Shown here: positions 35,335-47,937 of the stretch, one piece after another
How positions within the stretch are numbered: the first letter of the stretch is position 1
Layout of the letters: each line of letters starts with the position of its first letter
Assembly (NCBI GenBank): GCA_003427395.1
Contig: BFEA01000001.1
Coordinates: forward strand, 13,639,373 to 13,687,942
Length of the DNA: 48,570 bases
Source: Chara braunii
Lineage: Eukaryota > Plantae > Charophyceae
Direction: 5' to 3'
Notes under the pieces: model-generated
Told to the model about the DNA's origin: nothing
What the model saw: only the letters and a program-made list of their open reading frames with translations
Databases searched by the model: none
Program-made: the position numbers and the translations under genes

Positions 35335-36716
35335 CAAGCAAATAGAAAGGGCGGCTACCAACACACGAGCCAGTAGATTGTAAACCTAGCTCCACACTCC
35401 TTCACGTAAAATCCCTACAATATTTCCCTCAATGCCTCCGGTCTTCACCTTGATGCATCGATCCAATGCGAAACAAACAAGTCAGAAATGATGTGCCAGT
35501 CTGGATACGACCAAAATATCGAACGTTACTACTCATCCAGCTAGTGGCTGCATCCATCCTTCAGAGGAGGATATTCTTCCAAGGGGTAATTGCAATGACT
35601 TAAGGAGATGTAAAAGAGCTCTGCCATCAAAACAGTAGACGCTGAGAGAAGCATACTGAGTGCAATACACAAGAACAGAAGGGATAGTCGGCATCTGGTT
35701 TAATCCCACAATAGCTTCTCGAGCATTTAGGAAATCCCAAGTCCAACGAGTAGGGAGTGTTAGTGACACAAGCGCCGCTCCTCGTACATCTCCCCCATCG
35801 TCCACCTGTGCGACCTCGGAACTAGTTTCAGAGAAGGGAGTGAGACAGTAATCACATACAAAGAGCAGCCACCAACACATGAAACAGTATTTTGCTCCCA
35901 AGTGTCGAGCCCTTCACCCCGATGCGTCAACCTCCTCCTATGAAATCAAGCACAAACGAGATGCTGCTACACGTTCGACCGATTTCGAACAACACTACCA
36001 ATCTAGCCACCTGCTGAATCTGTGATTCAGATGACGATAGTCTTTCAAGAGGGAAGACCAGTGACTTCAATGCAAATGTTAAATGATCTCCGTGATCGGA
36101 ATAGTAGATGCAGTGAAAAGTAAAAACTGAAAGCAATGATAGAACTGAAGCCATACTCGCCATTTCGTGTATATAGTATATACTCGCCATCTCGTGGAAT
36201 CCTAGGATTGCCCCCCGCGCAACACGAAAAGACCAAGTTGGAAGAATATGAAGCTTGATGAAATAAGCTAAACTCGTCATAAATGTCACAGCCGCGTTGG
36301 ATTACCGCGCCATGATATAGATACAAATTATTCAGAAAATATGTCCCCTCCCAAGAGGACCGAGTCCACTAAAAAGATCACCATGGCTGTATGAGGGTGT
36401 GTACCACAGTAGCACTTTTCTAAATGTATCGAACTAAAATTTCGGTGATACGTAGATGAATCTGACTGCAATCACGTCCAGAGCTTAGTAGAAAAAGGCC
36501 TCATGTGAGTATTATACCCTGAGTGGGGCAAATTCTAATCATTCAGAAAAGTTGCTTCATCCCAAGAGAACGGAGTCCACTGAAGATCACCATGGCGGTA
36601 CGAGTGAGGAAAATTCTAAGTACCTAGTACAATGGAATACAGGATCGCCTACTCAACTTACATGCCAGCCTACTCTCAACCCTCAACAAATCCCATCCAA
36701 TTGAACTTGCATGCAA

Positions 36717-36757
<41 letters not shown>

Positions 36758-36835
36758 NTTTTTTTTTTTTTGAGAACAACCCGATCGGATGCTAGGTGTG
36801 CTGGTAAGAGCAGACACATCTAGCACCGTCGGGGA

Positions 36836-36888
36836 GGCTCCATCTATTGCTGGGGAGCAGCACCTGCTGGAAACCGGGTCCAGCATCC
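36836..36888. repeat. Dispersed ~50-bp repeat (also at 40031-40083, 40790-40830 and 43232-43285)
   Basis: GCTGGACCCGGTTTCCAGCAGGTG.TGCTCCCCA.CAATAGATGGAGC in both orientations; several copies lie near A/T tails. Confidence 0.8.
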
Positions 36889-37795
36889 CTTTGATACATC
36901 GTTCAATACAGAGATTGCTGTTTGCCCTACTTTCAATCCTCTCGATATATTGTAGACAGATTTTGGGATGCAACCCTACTTGCATGCAACCCTACGTGTG
37001 GCCGTTAATGAAAGTACTGAGGAAGAGTTTGAGCACATGACACGTACCAAGAAAGCACTGTACAGGAAAGGTAAGCATCAATTGAAACCCGGCGTCTGCT
37101 CGTACCAGCGCCCCTAGCTCCCAAACGGGCAGTTTTTCAAAAAAAAAAAAAGAAAAAAAAAGCACCAATTGAAACCCCCATCTGCAGATCCCAAAATCTG
37201 TCTACTTTTTTACACATTCCAGGAGTACGAGTGGGTTATAGTCCAAAATCAATGCAAGACTCGTTAAAAAAAAAATGCTCTAATACATCCGCATTAAATC
37301 CATCTGTACGAGATCCTCCGTAGTCGTGTCCCCGACACAATGACCGAGCCCCTTCAACTGTGAATGTGGGACTTTATTCCGTAGACAGCACAACCAAATG
37401 CCTTCACTTTAGCCTTTCATCATACGTCACCTAAAGAATCGCTGATCGAATGCATATGCGCGACTTGGCACTTGCAGCGCAAGCACGACCACTCAAATCC
37501 GCAAAGAAAACATCGAGGGGCTCAACCAGGTAAGTCGATTCACAGATTGTGATGAGGAGAAGAAAGAGAGAGAAATCAATTCAATGAGGCCCCATTTCGA
37601 CGACTCCCTCCATAACAAGGACAAAGGAAAGGACCACATTTTTATTACTCCCTTCATTACATCGCATGTTTGTCTACAAGAGGCCAGACCAGAATAGTCG
37701 CAGTCTAACTCAGTCTTCAGATGATTCATCACTTTTATCAGGATCATTTATTCGATTAGTACCAGTTTATAAGGAGAGATCTGGCGCCGCTCAGT

Positions 37796-37975
37796 TGAGG
37801 GTGAAGAGGTACAGAGATCACTGGACCCGTTTCCCAGTATTTTCGGTTTCCATTGCTCATTATTATATGTTAAGGGACGCTGGAGGTGAGGGTGAAGAGG
37901 TACAGAGATCACTGGACCCGTTTCCCAGCATTTTCGGTTTCCATTGCTCATTATTATATGTTAAGGTACGCTGGA
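37796..37975. repeat. Tandem duplication, ~92-bp unit x2
   Basis: GAGGGTGAAGAGGTACAGAGATCACTGGACCCGTTTCCCAG... occurs twice. Confidence 0.92.
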
Positions 37976-40187
37976 CCCGCTTTTCCCACTAGCGGTTAAT
38001 GGAAGGCCAAAAATTCGGGGTTTTTCGCCGCGTCGCTACAAGCAATGTTGTCGAAACTTTTGCGAACAAACTATTACAGCACTATAAATCCCTATTTGGA
38101 GTAGCTTTCGGAGTTCGCCAAAGTTTTTTTCGAGTCTGCTGTTTTTGCTAAGTTTTTTGTTACTGCTTCAAATACGGCGAAACTGAATACAGATATACCC
38201 TAACACACATATATAACAGGCAAAAAGAAAAACTGAGAAAATAGTAAAAATTCAGGGAAATGTGACAGTTTCGGTGAAAAATTCGCTAAAATTCGCCTCG
38301 CGCTTTTCCCCTAGTGGTACTGGTAGGAGTGAATGCTCTTATCATCACTTCTGCCAGATACCATTAGGTTTTTGCAAAAAAAAAAAAAAAAAAAAAAAAA
38401 AACATCGGACGTGGGGTAGGAGGGGGTGCATTGGCAATCAAGACATAGCTGGGGACAGTGGCACTCTCCCTAAGACGATGTTCGTGGCCATCCCGCCACA
38501 CACGTTAGCTCATCAGAGGGCATAATAGAAAGCTCGTGTATTGAAGTGAAGTACTGTCATCAAAGGGTTACTCTCGCCAACAAAGTAAGTGCACACTGCT
38601 GGATATAATCGAAGGAGGGGGCTACAGCAGGTTCCGGAGGGAATGGAAGGAGGAGGGAGGGAGGGTGGCACACAATCGGCGACTTCTGGGAACTCGTCAT
38701 CATCTCAAGCATGATTTCGTGTGTTTTCCTTCCTCCTGCTTTTGATTCAGCATCTCGCCGCTGTCTTTATCAAACTCCATCGTTGCTGGACTCCACCAGG
38801 CGGCTACTGTGAGCTGAGCTCAATGATGAAGTCACCGCTCCAAAGGGGATGGAAGAGAGTGAAAACCCAAGTGAAAAAAGGACATCGGGTTTAATGGGAA
38901 CTGAACGACCGGTGATGTACACGGAGGAGGGGATGGGAGCTCGCCATGAAGGCAGATAGCGACATGGGCTAGAGGCACAGAGGGCAGGTGCGGGAGCATG
39001 AAGCGCAGAAGGAAGAACATGGCAGAGAATGATGCTGAACGTGCAGTTGCATGGCACCCAAGCAAGGGAAATGAGGGAGGGGCGTCCCTTGAAGATGGAG
39101 TCTGCTGCGAGTAAAGCGGAAAAATTAACCATGTTGCAGAAAAATTAACCAAACAACTTCTGCCTCAGGGTCACATCGAAATTCTTTACCGAATTTAAAA
39201 TAAAAATTTAGATTCAAAAATAAATTTTATTTTTTTTATTTTTTTATTTCTTTTTGGCCTGGCCGGGCAAGTGGACCCGGGCCCCTCTGGAAGCCTAGAC
39301 AATCTGGTAAAGAAACCAATAGCAGAACCCAATGTTCTAATAATAGAAGAGCTCACCATTCCCAGGGCCAATCCTTGCTTGTCAGCGTTGCCCACACATA
39401 ATCTCACCGACACCACAATAATTTGACCCTGGACATCGCAAAAGAAAAAAGTTATATATGGTCCCTCGGATTCCTCCACCCAAAAACGCCTGTATGCAAG
39501 TTTGACGGCATGGCAGGGCCATACCTTTTTTTTTGCTGCAGTGGGGTATGATCTATTGATTAAGCATTCGTTGGTAAGCAGCGGTGTAAAATATGTCACT
39601 GACTCGGATCGAGCAGCTCGCTGGCCAAGCCCTCAATTCTGGCAGTTCTCCTACTACCGTCGGGATACTGGACTTGCAAAAGGGCTTCGAAAGCATGGCC
39701 CCTGCGCCAGGGTGCCACATATCTACCATATTCGGCCTGGCCAGGCATCACGTCAGCATACAGCATAACTGAACGACGCTATAATAGCAGGAACCATCTG
39801 CAATGTCTGATTTATCTGATAATTCCTCACAGATCGTATAAATCAGCCAAGACGATACAGGGGGGCTGCGGACACCTGGGTCGGGACTCAGGAAGAGGCT
39901 GGGTCAGTTGTTAACTAGGAGCCCCGCAATGGGAACGGGACAATTTGCAGCTCCAAGGGATACTCGGTGCTCCAGAGTAGAATAGAACAATGACTATAGC
40001 CTCAACATTGACCTGCATTGTTCTATTAAAGGGACGCTGGACTCGGTTTCCAGCAGGTGTCGCTCCCCACCATTAGATGGAGCAGCCCAACAGCCAAGGC
40101 CTCAATTCCGGTGGTTCTCGTACCACTGCCGGGATAGTGGCCTTACAATGGTGGGGCTTTTGCTATATATAAAAAAACAGAAAAGAA

Positions 40188-40377
40188 GGGGTAACTTCAG
40201 TAGAGTCACAAAAAGGAGTTATAACTATGGGGCAAGATACAGTTTGCAATCGCACTTCAGGCACCGTACCTGGCCAGAAAGCTGGGTTGTATGCATTGCC
40301 CGAACTGCAATTCGAAACTGTATCTTGGCCCATAGTGCAATTATAACTCATTTTTGTGACTCCCGCGCAGTTGCCCC
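40188..40377. mobile_element. Foldback MITE
   Basis: GGGGTAACT..AGTCACAAAAAGGAGTTATAA..CAAGATACAGTTT pairs with AAACTGTATCTTG..TTATAACTCATTTTTGTGACT..AGTTGCCCC. Shares its core with 4498-4681. Confidence 0.75.
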
Positions 40378-40869
40378 TATTTCTTAAAAATAAAACAAAA
40401 ATAAAAATAAGAAAGTAAAATATGTCACTGTAAGGACGCGAATTCTGCAGGTCGCTCTATAAACTCTTGACACCACCGGTTTGGTTTAAGTGCATACAAA
40501 CAAGCATCGAGATGGCGCATCCAAAACTTTTTTTGTTTTTGTTTTTGTTTTGTTTTTTGAGAAAGGGCCCAGTGCCCAAGGCTCCAACAACATTTTTGCA
40601 GTACTGTAGGAATATCCCCTTGGGGACGCAGAAGGCGATAGTATGCTTTGACTAATGATGTCTGTTCTGCAACTTGTGAGGCCTGCATATCCTATTAGCC
40701 CGTCAGATCCAGTCCGCTGTGTCCAATGGCATATCAGGGATACTGAGATGCAAAGAATATGCCTTCCAACCCTTCCAAGATGGGTAATACCCGGTTTCCA
40801 GCAGGTGCTGCTCCCCACCAATAGATGCAGCTTGTTTAAAAAAAAAAAAGATGGGTAATACAAAAGCTT

Positions 40870-41156
40870 GACCCTATTGTTGGGACTGTTCAGTAAACTG
40901 AGAGGAAAAAGGGAAATTTTCCTTGATTGACTGAGAAGTGAAATGATCCTTGTGCATCCTCAATATGTTAACTAAAGCACCATCTGCGTGAATATTGATC
41001 GCTCGGCATATAGTTTTAGCACCATCAGGTTGGAGCCCACAGCCACAGACCCAATCACCTTCCCAAAAAAAGGCAAACCCTTCTTCAATGTGGCAACCCG
41101 TGTCAACGGGACACAAGAAATCATTTGATCCAATTGCCTTGTAGATTATGAGCAGA

Positions 41157-41195
<39 letters not shown>

Positions 41196-42560
41196 CAGAA
41201 TTAATTTCCTTTCTAAGATGTTTTGCCATTTTCCAATTGTTACTCGTTGGATTTCACAAATATTTGATTCTGACCACCTCTGCTTGACCCATGTGGTCCA
41301 AGGCGGAAGAGAACTGATGTAAACCCTCCCATCACGTGATCCACCATTTACCAAAAATGGATTGGCTGAGGATCTCCTCATACCTGGGAGGAGGGGATCT
41401 ATTAGGCAGGGGGAACTTGCGTCAATCTCCTCACACCTGGAAGGAGGGGATCTATTAGGCAGGGGGAACTTGCGCCAAGTTTGCAACAAAAAAAAAAAAA
41501 AAAAAAAAAAAAAGTACAACGGTGTTATCCAGAACCAGATTCGTCCCTGCCTCACCGCTCACCCCTTGCTTCCTAGGGTGAGATTGTGGACGAGGGATAC
41601 TCCAAAATCTATCCTCCACCCAAATGAGGAGATTAATATCCTCTGTGGATTGTGGGGCCAATCTACAAACTTGTTTAAAAGCTAAGGCCTGCCACTGGAG
41701 ATAGTACGGCGGACTATCTAGCGCTTTAACCATTGAAGCGCAAAGCTTGACATTGCATCATGGGATATGGAATTCTCAGACCCCATTCGGCCTTAGGCTG
41801 GATGATAGTACGGCAAGCCATCCGGGAAATCACATGAGGGGTCGTGTGATCCCCTCGCCAAAGAAAGGTTGTAATTTGTGCCCGAAGATCTCTCAACAGA
41901 CCCTTGCTCGGTCACCAGCAGAGCGTCGACTTGTATTAGATTGCAGCCAATATCACATTATTAATGAGAAGTGCCCTGCCAAACAGCCGTGTGTGTTTAT
42001 TACTCCATTTCCTCTATTTTGTTTTCATAGAGTCAGGGAATAAATTCATACGTCATTGGAATTAGGTTTCTCTTTCATTGTCAACACCACTCCAAGCACC
42101 CTAATCGGGGCCTCTAATGACATTCACTTTACACGTGGCCTCTCAAGGGGACCGTCAAGGGGATGATCCCCTTGAGAGTAAGTCCATCACCCCTGCGTTT
42201 TGCTTACCCACTTTACCACCATATCTGATACTAGTGAAAACCTATCCATTAAGGTTTTAGTCTCATCCATATTAACCCTAGAGGCCTCCATCATAATTGT
42301 TAAATCATTAGCGAACAAATGGGAATGGTCTTCTCAGAGATGCCAGAAATTTGAAGACGTTTAAGGTTTTGTGGTTGCACCGAAAGATTTACCCCTAATG
42401 CTTCAATAGTAATTAAAAAGAGACAGCGTGTCAATGAATCTCCTTGTCTTACCAATCTCCGAAGTCGAATGTCAGTGGAAAGTAAACCATTAACCTGAGT
42501 TATTGTGATAGCGTTGGAGTGATGAATGTTCACCCACCTATTAATATAAGGCTCAAAGTT
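40870..42560 (-). mobile_element. Decayed L1/Tx1 LINE ORF2 (RT core to Cys-rich C-terminus)
   Basis: VNGLLSTDIRLRRLVRQGDSLTRCLFLITIEAL (RQGDPLSP motif), FSLVSDMVVKWVSK, RVLGV and CPVDTGCHIEEGFAFFWE. Confidence 0.7.
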
Positions 42561-42561
42561 T

Positions 42562-42595
<34 letters not shown>

Positions 42596-44094
42596 TTTTT
42601 TATTTTCTCCCGGAATCCCGGCCCGGTGTCCCTTACATCATTTGCTGCGGTCAAAGGGGCTAAGTAAGGCACTCCTGGCAAAACCTATCCCCACCACACC
42701 CTGATGACCCCGGGACGGTCCTGCACGACACGAAGCCCCTTCCAAAAAAGAAGTCAGGGGTCAGTGACCCCCTTTTTTTCGATATCCAGATCNNNNNNNN
42801 NNNNNNNNNNNNNNNNNNNNNNNNNNNNNNNNNNNNNNNNNNNNNNNNNNNNNNNNNNNNNNNNNNNNNNNNNNNNNNNNNNNNNNNNNNNNNNNNNNNN
42901 NNNNNNNNNNNNNNNNNNNNNNNNNNNNNNNNNNNNNNNNNNNNNNNNNNNNNNNNNNNNNNNNNNNNNNNNNNNNNNNNNNNNNNNNNNNNNNNNNNNN
43001 NNNNNNNNNNNNNNNNNNNNNNNNNNNNNNNNNNNNNNNNNNNNNNNNNNNNNNNNNNNNNNNNNNNNNNNNNNNNNNNNNNNNNNNNNNNNNNNNNNNN
43101 NNNNNNNNNNNNNNNNNNNNNNNNNNNNNNNNNNNNNNNNNNNCTTTTTTTTTTTGTTTTTTTTTTTTTGGGTGGTGGTGGTATGGTGGTGGTAAGAGAA
43201 CCACCGGGATTGAGGCTTTGCCAGGCGGGCCGCTCCATCTATTGGTGGGGAGCAACACCTGCTGGAAACCGGGTCCAGCATCCCTAACTCAGTCTATTGT
43301 TATTGGGAGGGGAGCACCGGGGGGCACCGGTGGAGTCTCCTCCCATCCCCTAGCCTCTGCCATCCACCTACTATCCTCATGGCGCCTATTGTGTCTTTGC
43401 CTTAGAAAAGCTGAAAAAGGAAAGTCTGAAAAAGACTGAAGTGAGCTACCAAACAGCTGAAATCTCGCTGAATCCAACTAAATTCCTCTACAAAGCCCTA
43501 GTTAGATAAAGTCGCCAGATATTCCTCCAGGGCCAGCGGCTGAGGGGGAAAGGGATCACCGAAATCCTGTGCGGGTCTCAACTGCTCGCTGGGATCCACC
43601 TTGGTCCAGTCCTTGAAATGAAGCTGATAGTCTCTTTCCAGGTCTTCCTCTTGTCCCTCTCCATGTCCTTCGTTCTGCTGGTCCAACCTGTCTCCTATAT
43701 TCAGACTCTACCTAGTCACTAGAATATGTGTGTCAAAAAGCCTCCCAACCACAAATCAGATAGGTGAAACCTATTCAATCCACCTACGATCACCACCAAC
43801 ATGGCTGTTTTCAGCACGAACCGAAGCTCTTCCAGGCTTCATGCTCCCATCAGGTTAGGTTACAGAGTTGCACCACCTTGCTCCAGCACCGGCCAGCATT
43901 GCGCCAGTTACGACCCCCGATGACCACCGAGGCTGCCCCCGCAAACAGCCCCCTAGAGCTCTCTACCAGGCCTCACGCCCCCACTAAGCTAGGTCACAGA
44001 GTTGAGGCTCAAAGTTTAACTTGTCAGCACAGACATCCAAAAAATGCCAGTCAACATCATCATCATCATCATATATATATATATATATATCCCA

Positions 44095-44183
44095 GTAAAC
44101 CGTAGGCAGAGAGAGAGAAGAAGACAACAAACGAGGGGCTGTGACAAACTGTTTCGTCGGAGTTTCACCGACTCATCAGGAGG
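44095..44183 (-). ncRNA. Hammerhead-core repeat, dispersed copy with perfect stem II
   Basis: Reverse complement reads CCTC-CTGATGA-GTCGG-TGAAACT-CCGAC-GAAA-CAGTTTGTC; adjacent to (TA)n at 44070-44090. Confidence 0.55.
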
Positions 44184-44749
44184 TATATTTTTTTGAAAAA
44201 GGGCGGCAGTCTTGAGATATATTCACAGGTGACCGGCCCTGGGTAACTCGAGATTGCTATGGAAGTGAGAGCTCTTTTATTGGATGTGTATTGGGTGTGT
44301 CCCGACCGGCCGCAGCAGGACCTGAGCAGCCCCTTCCACTTGGCCCGATGCTCCCGCATTGCAACGGGTTACATGGTTACAGGGCGGCACAACTCGGCCC
44401 AATGAGTTACCAGTGTTGATCGGCCGTGGCCACCAATCCTTCTCAGGCCACTGAAAGTGACGGCAACGGGAATAGAACCCAACCCAACCAAGCACCTATG
44501 CGGTGCCGCTCAGGCATCAAACCTACTGAACTAGCCGACGGGACAGTTTACGTAATCAATAAAGACAAATGTTGCTGCCCATGTTATTGATTAACAGTAT
44601 GTTCTCCTGAATATTTCTCTTGTTAATGAAGCATGTTTGTGAGGGATGTAAGGCAATGTATGATATGGACGATGATTGGCTTAATTGCTTTAGTTAATAT
44701 TTTATAAACCACTGCGAGCAGGGTAAGTTGTCTATAATTTGTAATATTA

Positions 44750-44942
44750 GTCTTATCCTTTTTTTGGTACAGCAAGGTTAGAATCCCCTAACCCACTATC
44801 TCCCCCATTCGACTGGATCCCTAAATATACCTGTAGCATTTTATCAGGCCTCCGAAAACTCCTTAGGTAACCCATCCATCCCTGTGGTTTCCCCACTTCG
44901 ATCTGTAGCAGGGCTGTCCAAATTTCATTATCGGTAATCGTG

Positions 44943-44945
<3 letters not shown>
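44750..44945 (-). mobile_element. L1/Tx1 RT N-terminal fragment
   Basis: ITDNEIWTALLQIEVGKPQGWMG resembles IT..EI..AL..M...KSPG.DG. Confidence 0.55.
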
Positions 44946-44974
<29 letters not shown>

Positions 44975-45190
44975 AAAAAAAAAAAGAAGTCCAGGTTGTC
45001 GTAGAGGTTGGCTACTAGGCATATGACAGGCCCATCAACACCTGACCATTTGATCATCCCGATGTATTGCCTAACCGGTAGAGACACCCTGCCATCCTTA
45101 CTCATCATCACGATCCCCGGCGCATCCGTACTCCCAAGGTCCTACCTGAGTATACCTAGGATCACCACCCATTCGAGTGATCTTTGACCA

Positions 45191-45375
45191 GACAGCGGTT
45201 ATAGGCATCAGGGCTAAGCAGGTTTCTCACCTCCCTCCCTAGCCCCAGTTGAAGCACTATCGAACGAGCCACGTCATACCGGGCACGTCGAGTGCTAGGG
45301 GTAATCATGCCACTACAAGTCTTATAGGTGAAACCTAGTTTTCTCCTGGGTTTTAAAGAGATCCTAGCCTTATCA
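45191..45375 (-). repeat. LTR-like repeat fragment (inverted copy of 46291-46474)
   Basis: Reverse complement starts TGATAAGGCTAGGATCTC and aligns over ~185 bp with TGTCATAAGGCTAGGATCTC at 46291. Confidence 0.75.
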
Positions 45376-46290
45376 CCCTCAGATCCTTCTAGTTATTAAT
45401 TTGGGAAAGTGGACACGCAAACGCCCAGGAATCCCAAAAAAAATAATTCCGGCTTGTCTTTAATGATTGGACTACCATTGACTCCTCTATCCCTCTAAAG
45501 TCCATGTCTGAATTTCCTGATTTCTTCCCTCCCCCAAGTAATTGTCTTGTGCCCATTGCTTGGTTTGGATAGTTAGCGGGTAAAGTGCTTGGGATTCATG
45601 ATTATTCGGCGCCCATTAAAGGGTGAAGAGGCACTATGCTAGTTCAATAGTGCATTGTTCAGTGGATATTAGATCAGTAGTGCAGAGCTGTTGGCTCATT
45701 TTTTGTTCTCAGCAGGATCCTACTGGTTACCTCCGGGTAGACTGTGAGGACCCCGGCCTCAATCATCATATTCATAATATCAGCCTTGGGCACTGGGCCC
45801 CTTTTTTCAACAACAAAAAAAAAAAAAAAAAGATCCTTCTAGACTTCTAGTTATTATTCTTTTAATTGTTGAAGAGGTTATTCGAACCTAGAGCATCTTC
45901 AGTTCCCATCCTCAATAGGCTTACGCCCACCATCCGCTCCCCATACCTCTATCATCAACTGGATGTCTAGGCGTGTTATTAGCATCCCCCAGAGTGATTT
46001 CAGTTAGGTGACCACAAAATGACTTGTCACTGTAAAACTATAAGGAATCATGCCAATAAGATTACAAAATAACATTTCCATCCTCAGCGCGTTCAGGACC
46101 ACCATCGGTCCCCCAACCTCTTATCAACAATGAGAGCTACTCTGGTCTATTATAATCTGACAGTATTCTATATGCAGGTAACAAACCAACCTCCATCCCC
46201 TTTTTTTTTTCTTTTTTTTTATTATTATTATATATTTTTTTAACCTCCAACCTCCATCCCCTAAGACCACCTCTAATGCAGGTTTCCCAA

Positions 46291-46778
46291 TGTCATAAGG
46301 CTAGGATCTCTCTAAAAAGCAGGAAAAACTAGGGTTCTCCTATGGGACTTGTAGTGGTATGCTTACCGCTAGTGCTCGAAGTGCCCGGTACGACATGGCT
46401 CGTTCAGTAGTCTTCAATCAGGGCTGGGGAGGGAGATGAGAACCTGCTTAGCGCTGATGCCTTTGACTGCTGTCCGGTCGGGGTCGAGGAGTTCACACTC
46501 GGCGCTGCCAGCGCTAACTTGCGCTGTGGACCAGTCGGCGAGGCCCGGCCGCACTCTGCAGACTAGGGCAGAGGTGGTGACTCTGGTGAGCGCCATAGCT
46601 GAGCTTGGTCGTCCTGGTGTCCGCTTGATGCCTTGGCACGGGCGTAGGTGGGGTTTTTCCACGTGGCATCTTCAGGAGACGGCACATCGGCTCGAGGAGT
46701 TAAAGTTCAGATCGAATAGGCACCGTGTTGGTTTCGGGGGCGGCTTCCATAACGTGATAAGACTTCACAAATATAACA
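46291..46778 (+). mobile_element. Putative LTR or element 5' end preceding the 385-aa ORF
   Basis: Starts with TG; the first 185 bp are repeated at 45191-45375; the right boundary is uncertain. Confidence 0.35.
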
Positions 46779-46779
46779 A

Positions 46780-47937
46780 ATGATGGCGATGGAGGCGGCG
46801 ATCATGCAGGACGCAGCTGCTGCTGCTGCGTTTGAAGAAGAGGAAACACCGCTGGAGATGGTGCGGATGCATAGGCGACAGATGGAGGATATCTATGCCG
46901 CGCTGATTCAACATCGCCATAATGTATCACCGGAACTTTTGGAGGAGGGGGAGGAATTGTTCGTTGGATGGGAGGAGATCCATGCAAACCTTTCTCTCCA
47001 AAGGTTGGGTACTGCTGAGAGAGCACAGGTGATGGCTGAGTTGCGGGATTGTACTGAAATGATAGGGAGAGTGAGAGGGATCTTCGTTGAGCTTTGGGAG
47101 GGGCTGTATGAGAATACAAGACGTGAAGATTCGAAACGGCGTCGTTGCGTGGGGTTTGAGGAGAGGCAAGTGCCTTGTGCTACGACGCGGGGTTGTGTGT
47201 ATGAAGCTGATGACGTCTGTACTTCAGCCACTTCTGCGAACAAGGAGGCTGCGATTTGCCGCGAGGAGCTTGAGGAGGGGCAGGGTGCTTGCGGTGAATT
47301 GGAGGAGCGCTTGTTTGCTGATGACGAGGATTGTTCTCCGCGGGGAGGAGGGGCCATGGCTATGTGCGATAACAACAGCAACAACAATAATTGCACTGAT
47401 GTTGATGGTGATCAGCGTGGGGAAGACGATGACAACAACATCAACAACAACATCAACGACGGCAACAAGAATAACAACAACGATTACGATAATTACAACG
47501 AAATCGACGGCGGTTACAACAGTGTTCACGATGATGGCAACAGAAGCGATATTGAGAACACCGACAACAAAAATGACCTCATGGTGTCGGTGCAGCAGGG
47601 CGCAAACATCGACAACAACAACTATACTGTGCGTGATGGCGGCCTGTGGGCGTGTGGAAAAGGTGATGATCACAACATCAACAGCGATATCAACAAATCA
47701 GCCGGCGTTAGCATGACTGAGAATAAAACAGCCGGCGACGACACAGATGATAACAGCCAAGAAAACGGGCAGTCTCCTTCCCCCTTTCCCCACCCTTCTT
47801 TTCTCTTTTCTTGCTGGTCTTTTTTTAGGATTGATCAGGGCTATGGGCGAGATGGGAGGGTGATTGGAATGCCTGGTAAACAGGAAGACTGTGTGGGGAC
47901 GTGGGAAGTTGACTGGAGGCGTGTAGGGGTGGGATAG
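46780..47937 (+). CDS. Hypothetical 385-aa intronless ORF with acidic N-half and Asn/Asp low-complexity C-half; probably TE-borne
   Basis: The longest stop-free ORF in the window not explained by N runs; ATG start; no domain recognised. Confidence 0.45.
   Translation: MMAMEAAIMQDAAAAAAFEEEETPLEMVRMHRRQMEDIYAALIQHRHNVSPELLEEGEELFVGWEEIHANLSLQRLGTAERAQVMAELRDCTEMIGRVRGIFVELWEGLYENTRREDSKRRRCVGFEERQVPCATTRGCVYEADDVCTSATSANKEAAICREELEEGQGACGELEERLFADDEDCSPRGGGAMAMCDNNSNNNNCTDVDGDQRGEDDDNNINNNINDGNKNNNNDYDNYNEIDGGYNSVHDDGNRSDIENTDNKNDLMVSVQQGANIDNNNYTVRDGGLWACGKGDDHNINSDINKSAGVSMTENKTAGDDTDDNSQENGQSPSPFPHPSFLFSCWSFFRIDQGYGRDGRVIGMPGKQEDCVGTWEVDWRRVGVG

Noticed and set aside
37987-38316. CACTA-like mini element (CACTAG...CTAGTG)
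   Set aside because: Only ~6-7 bp of inverted match and no 3-bp TSD.
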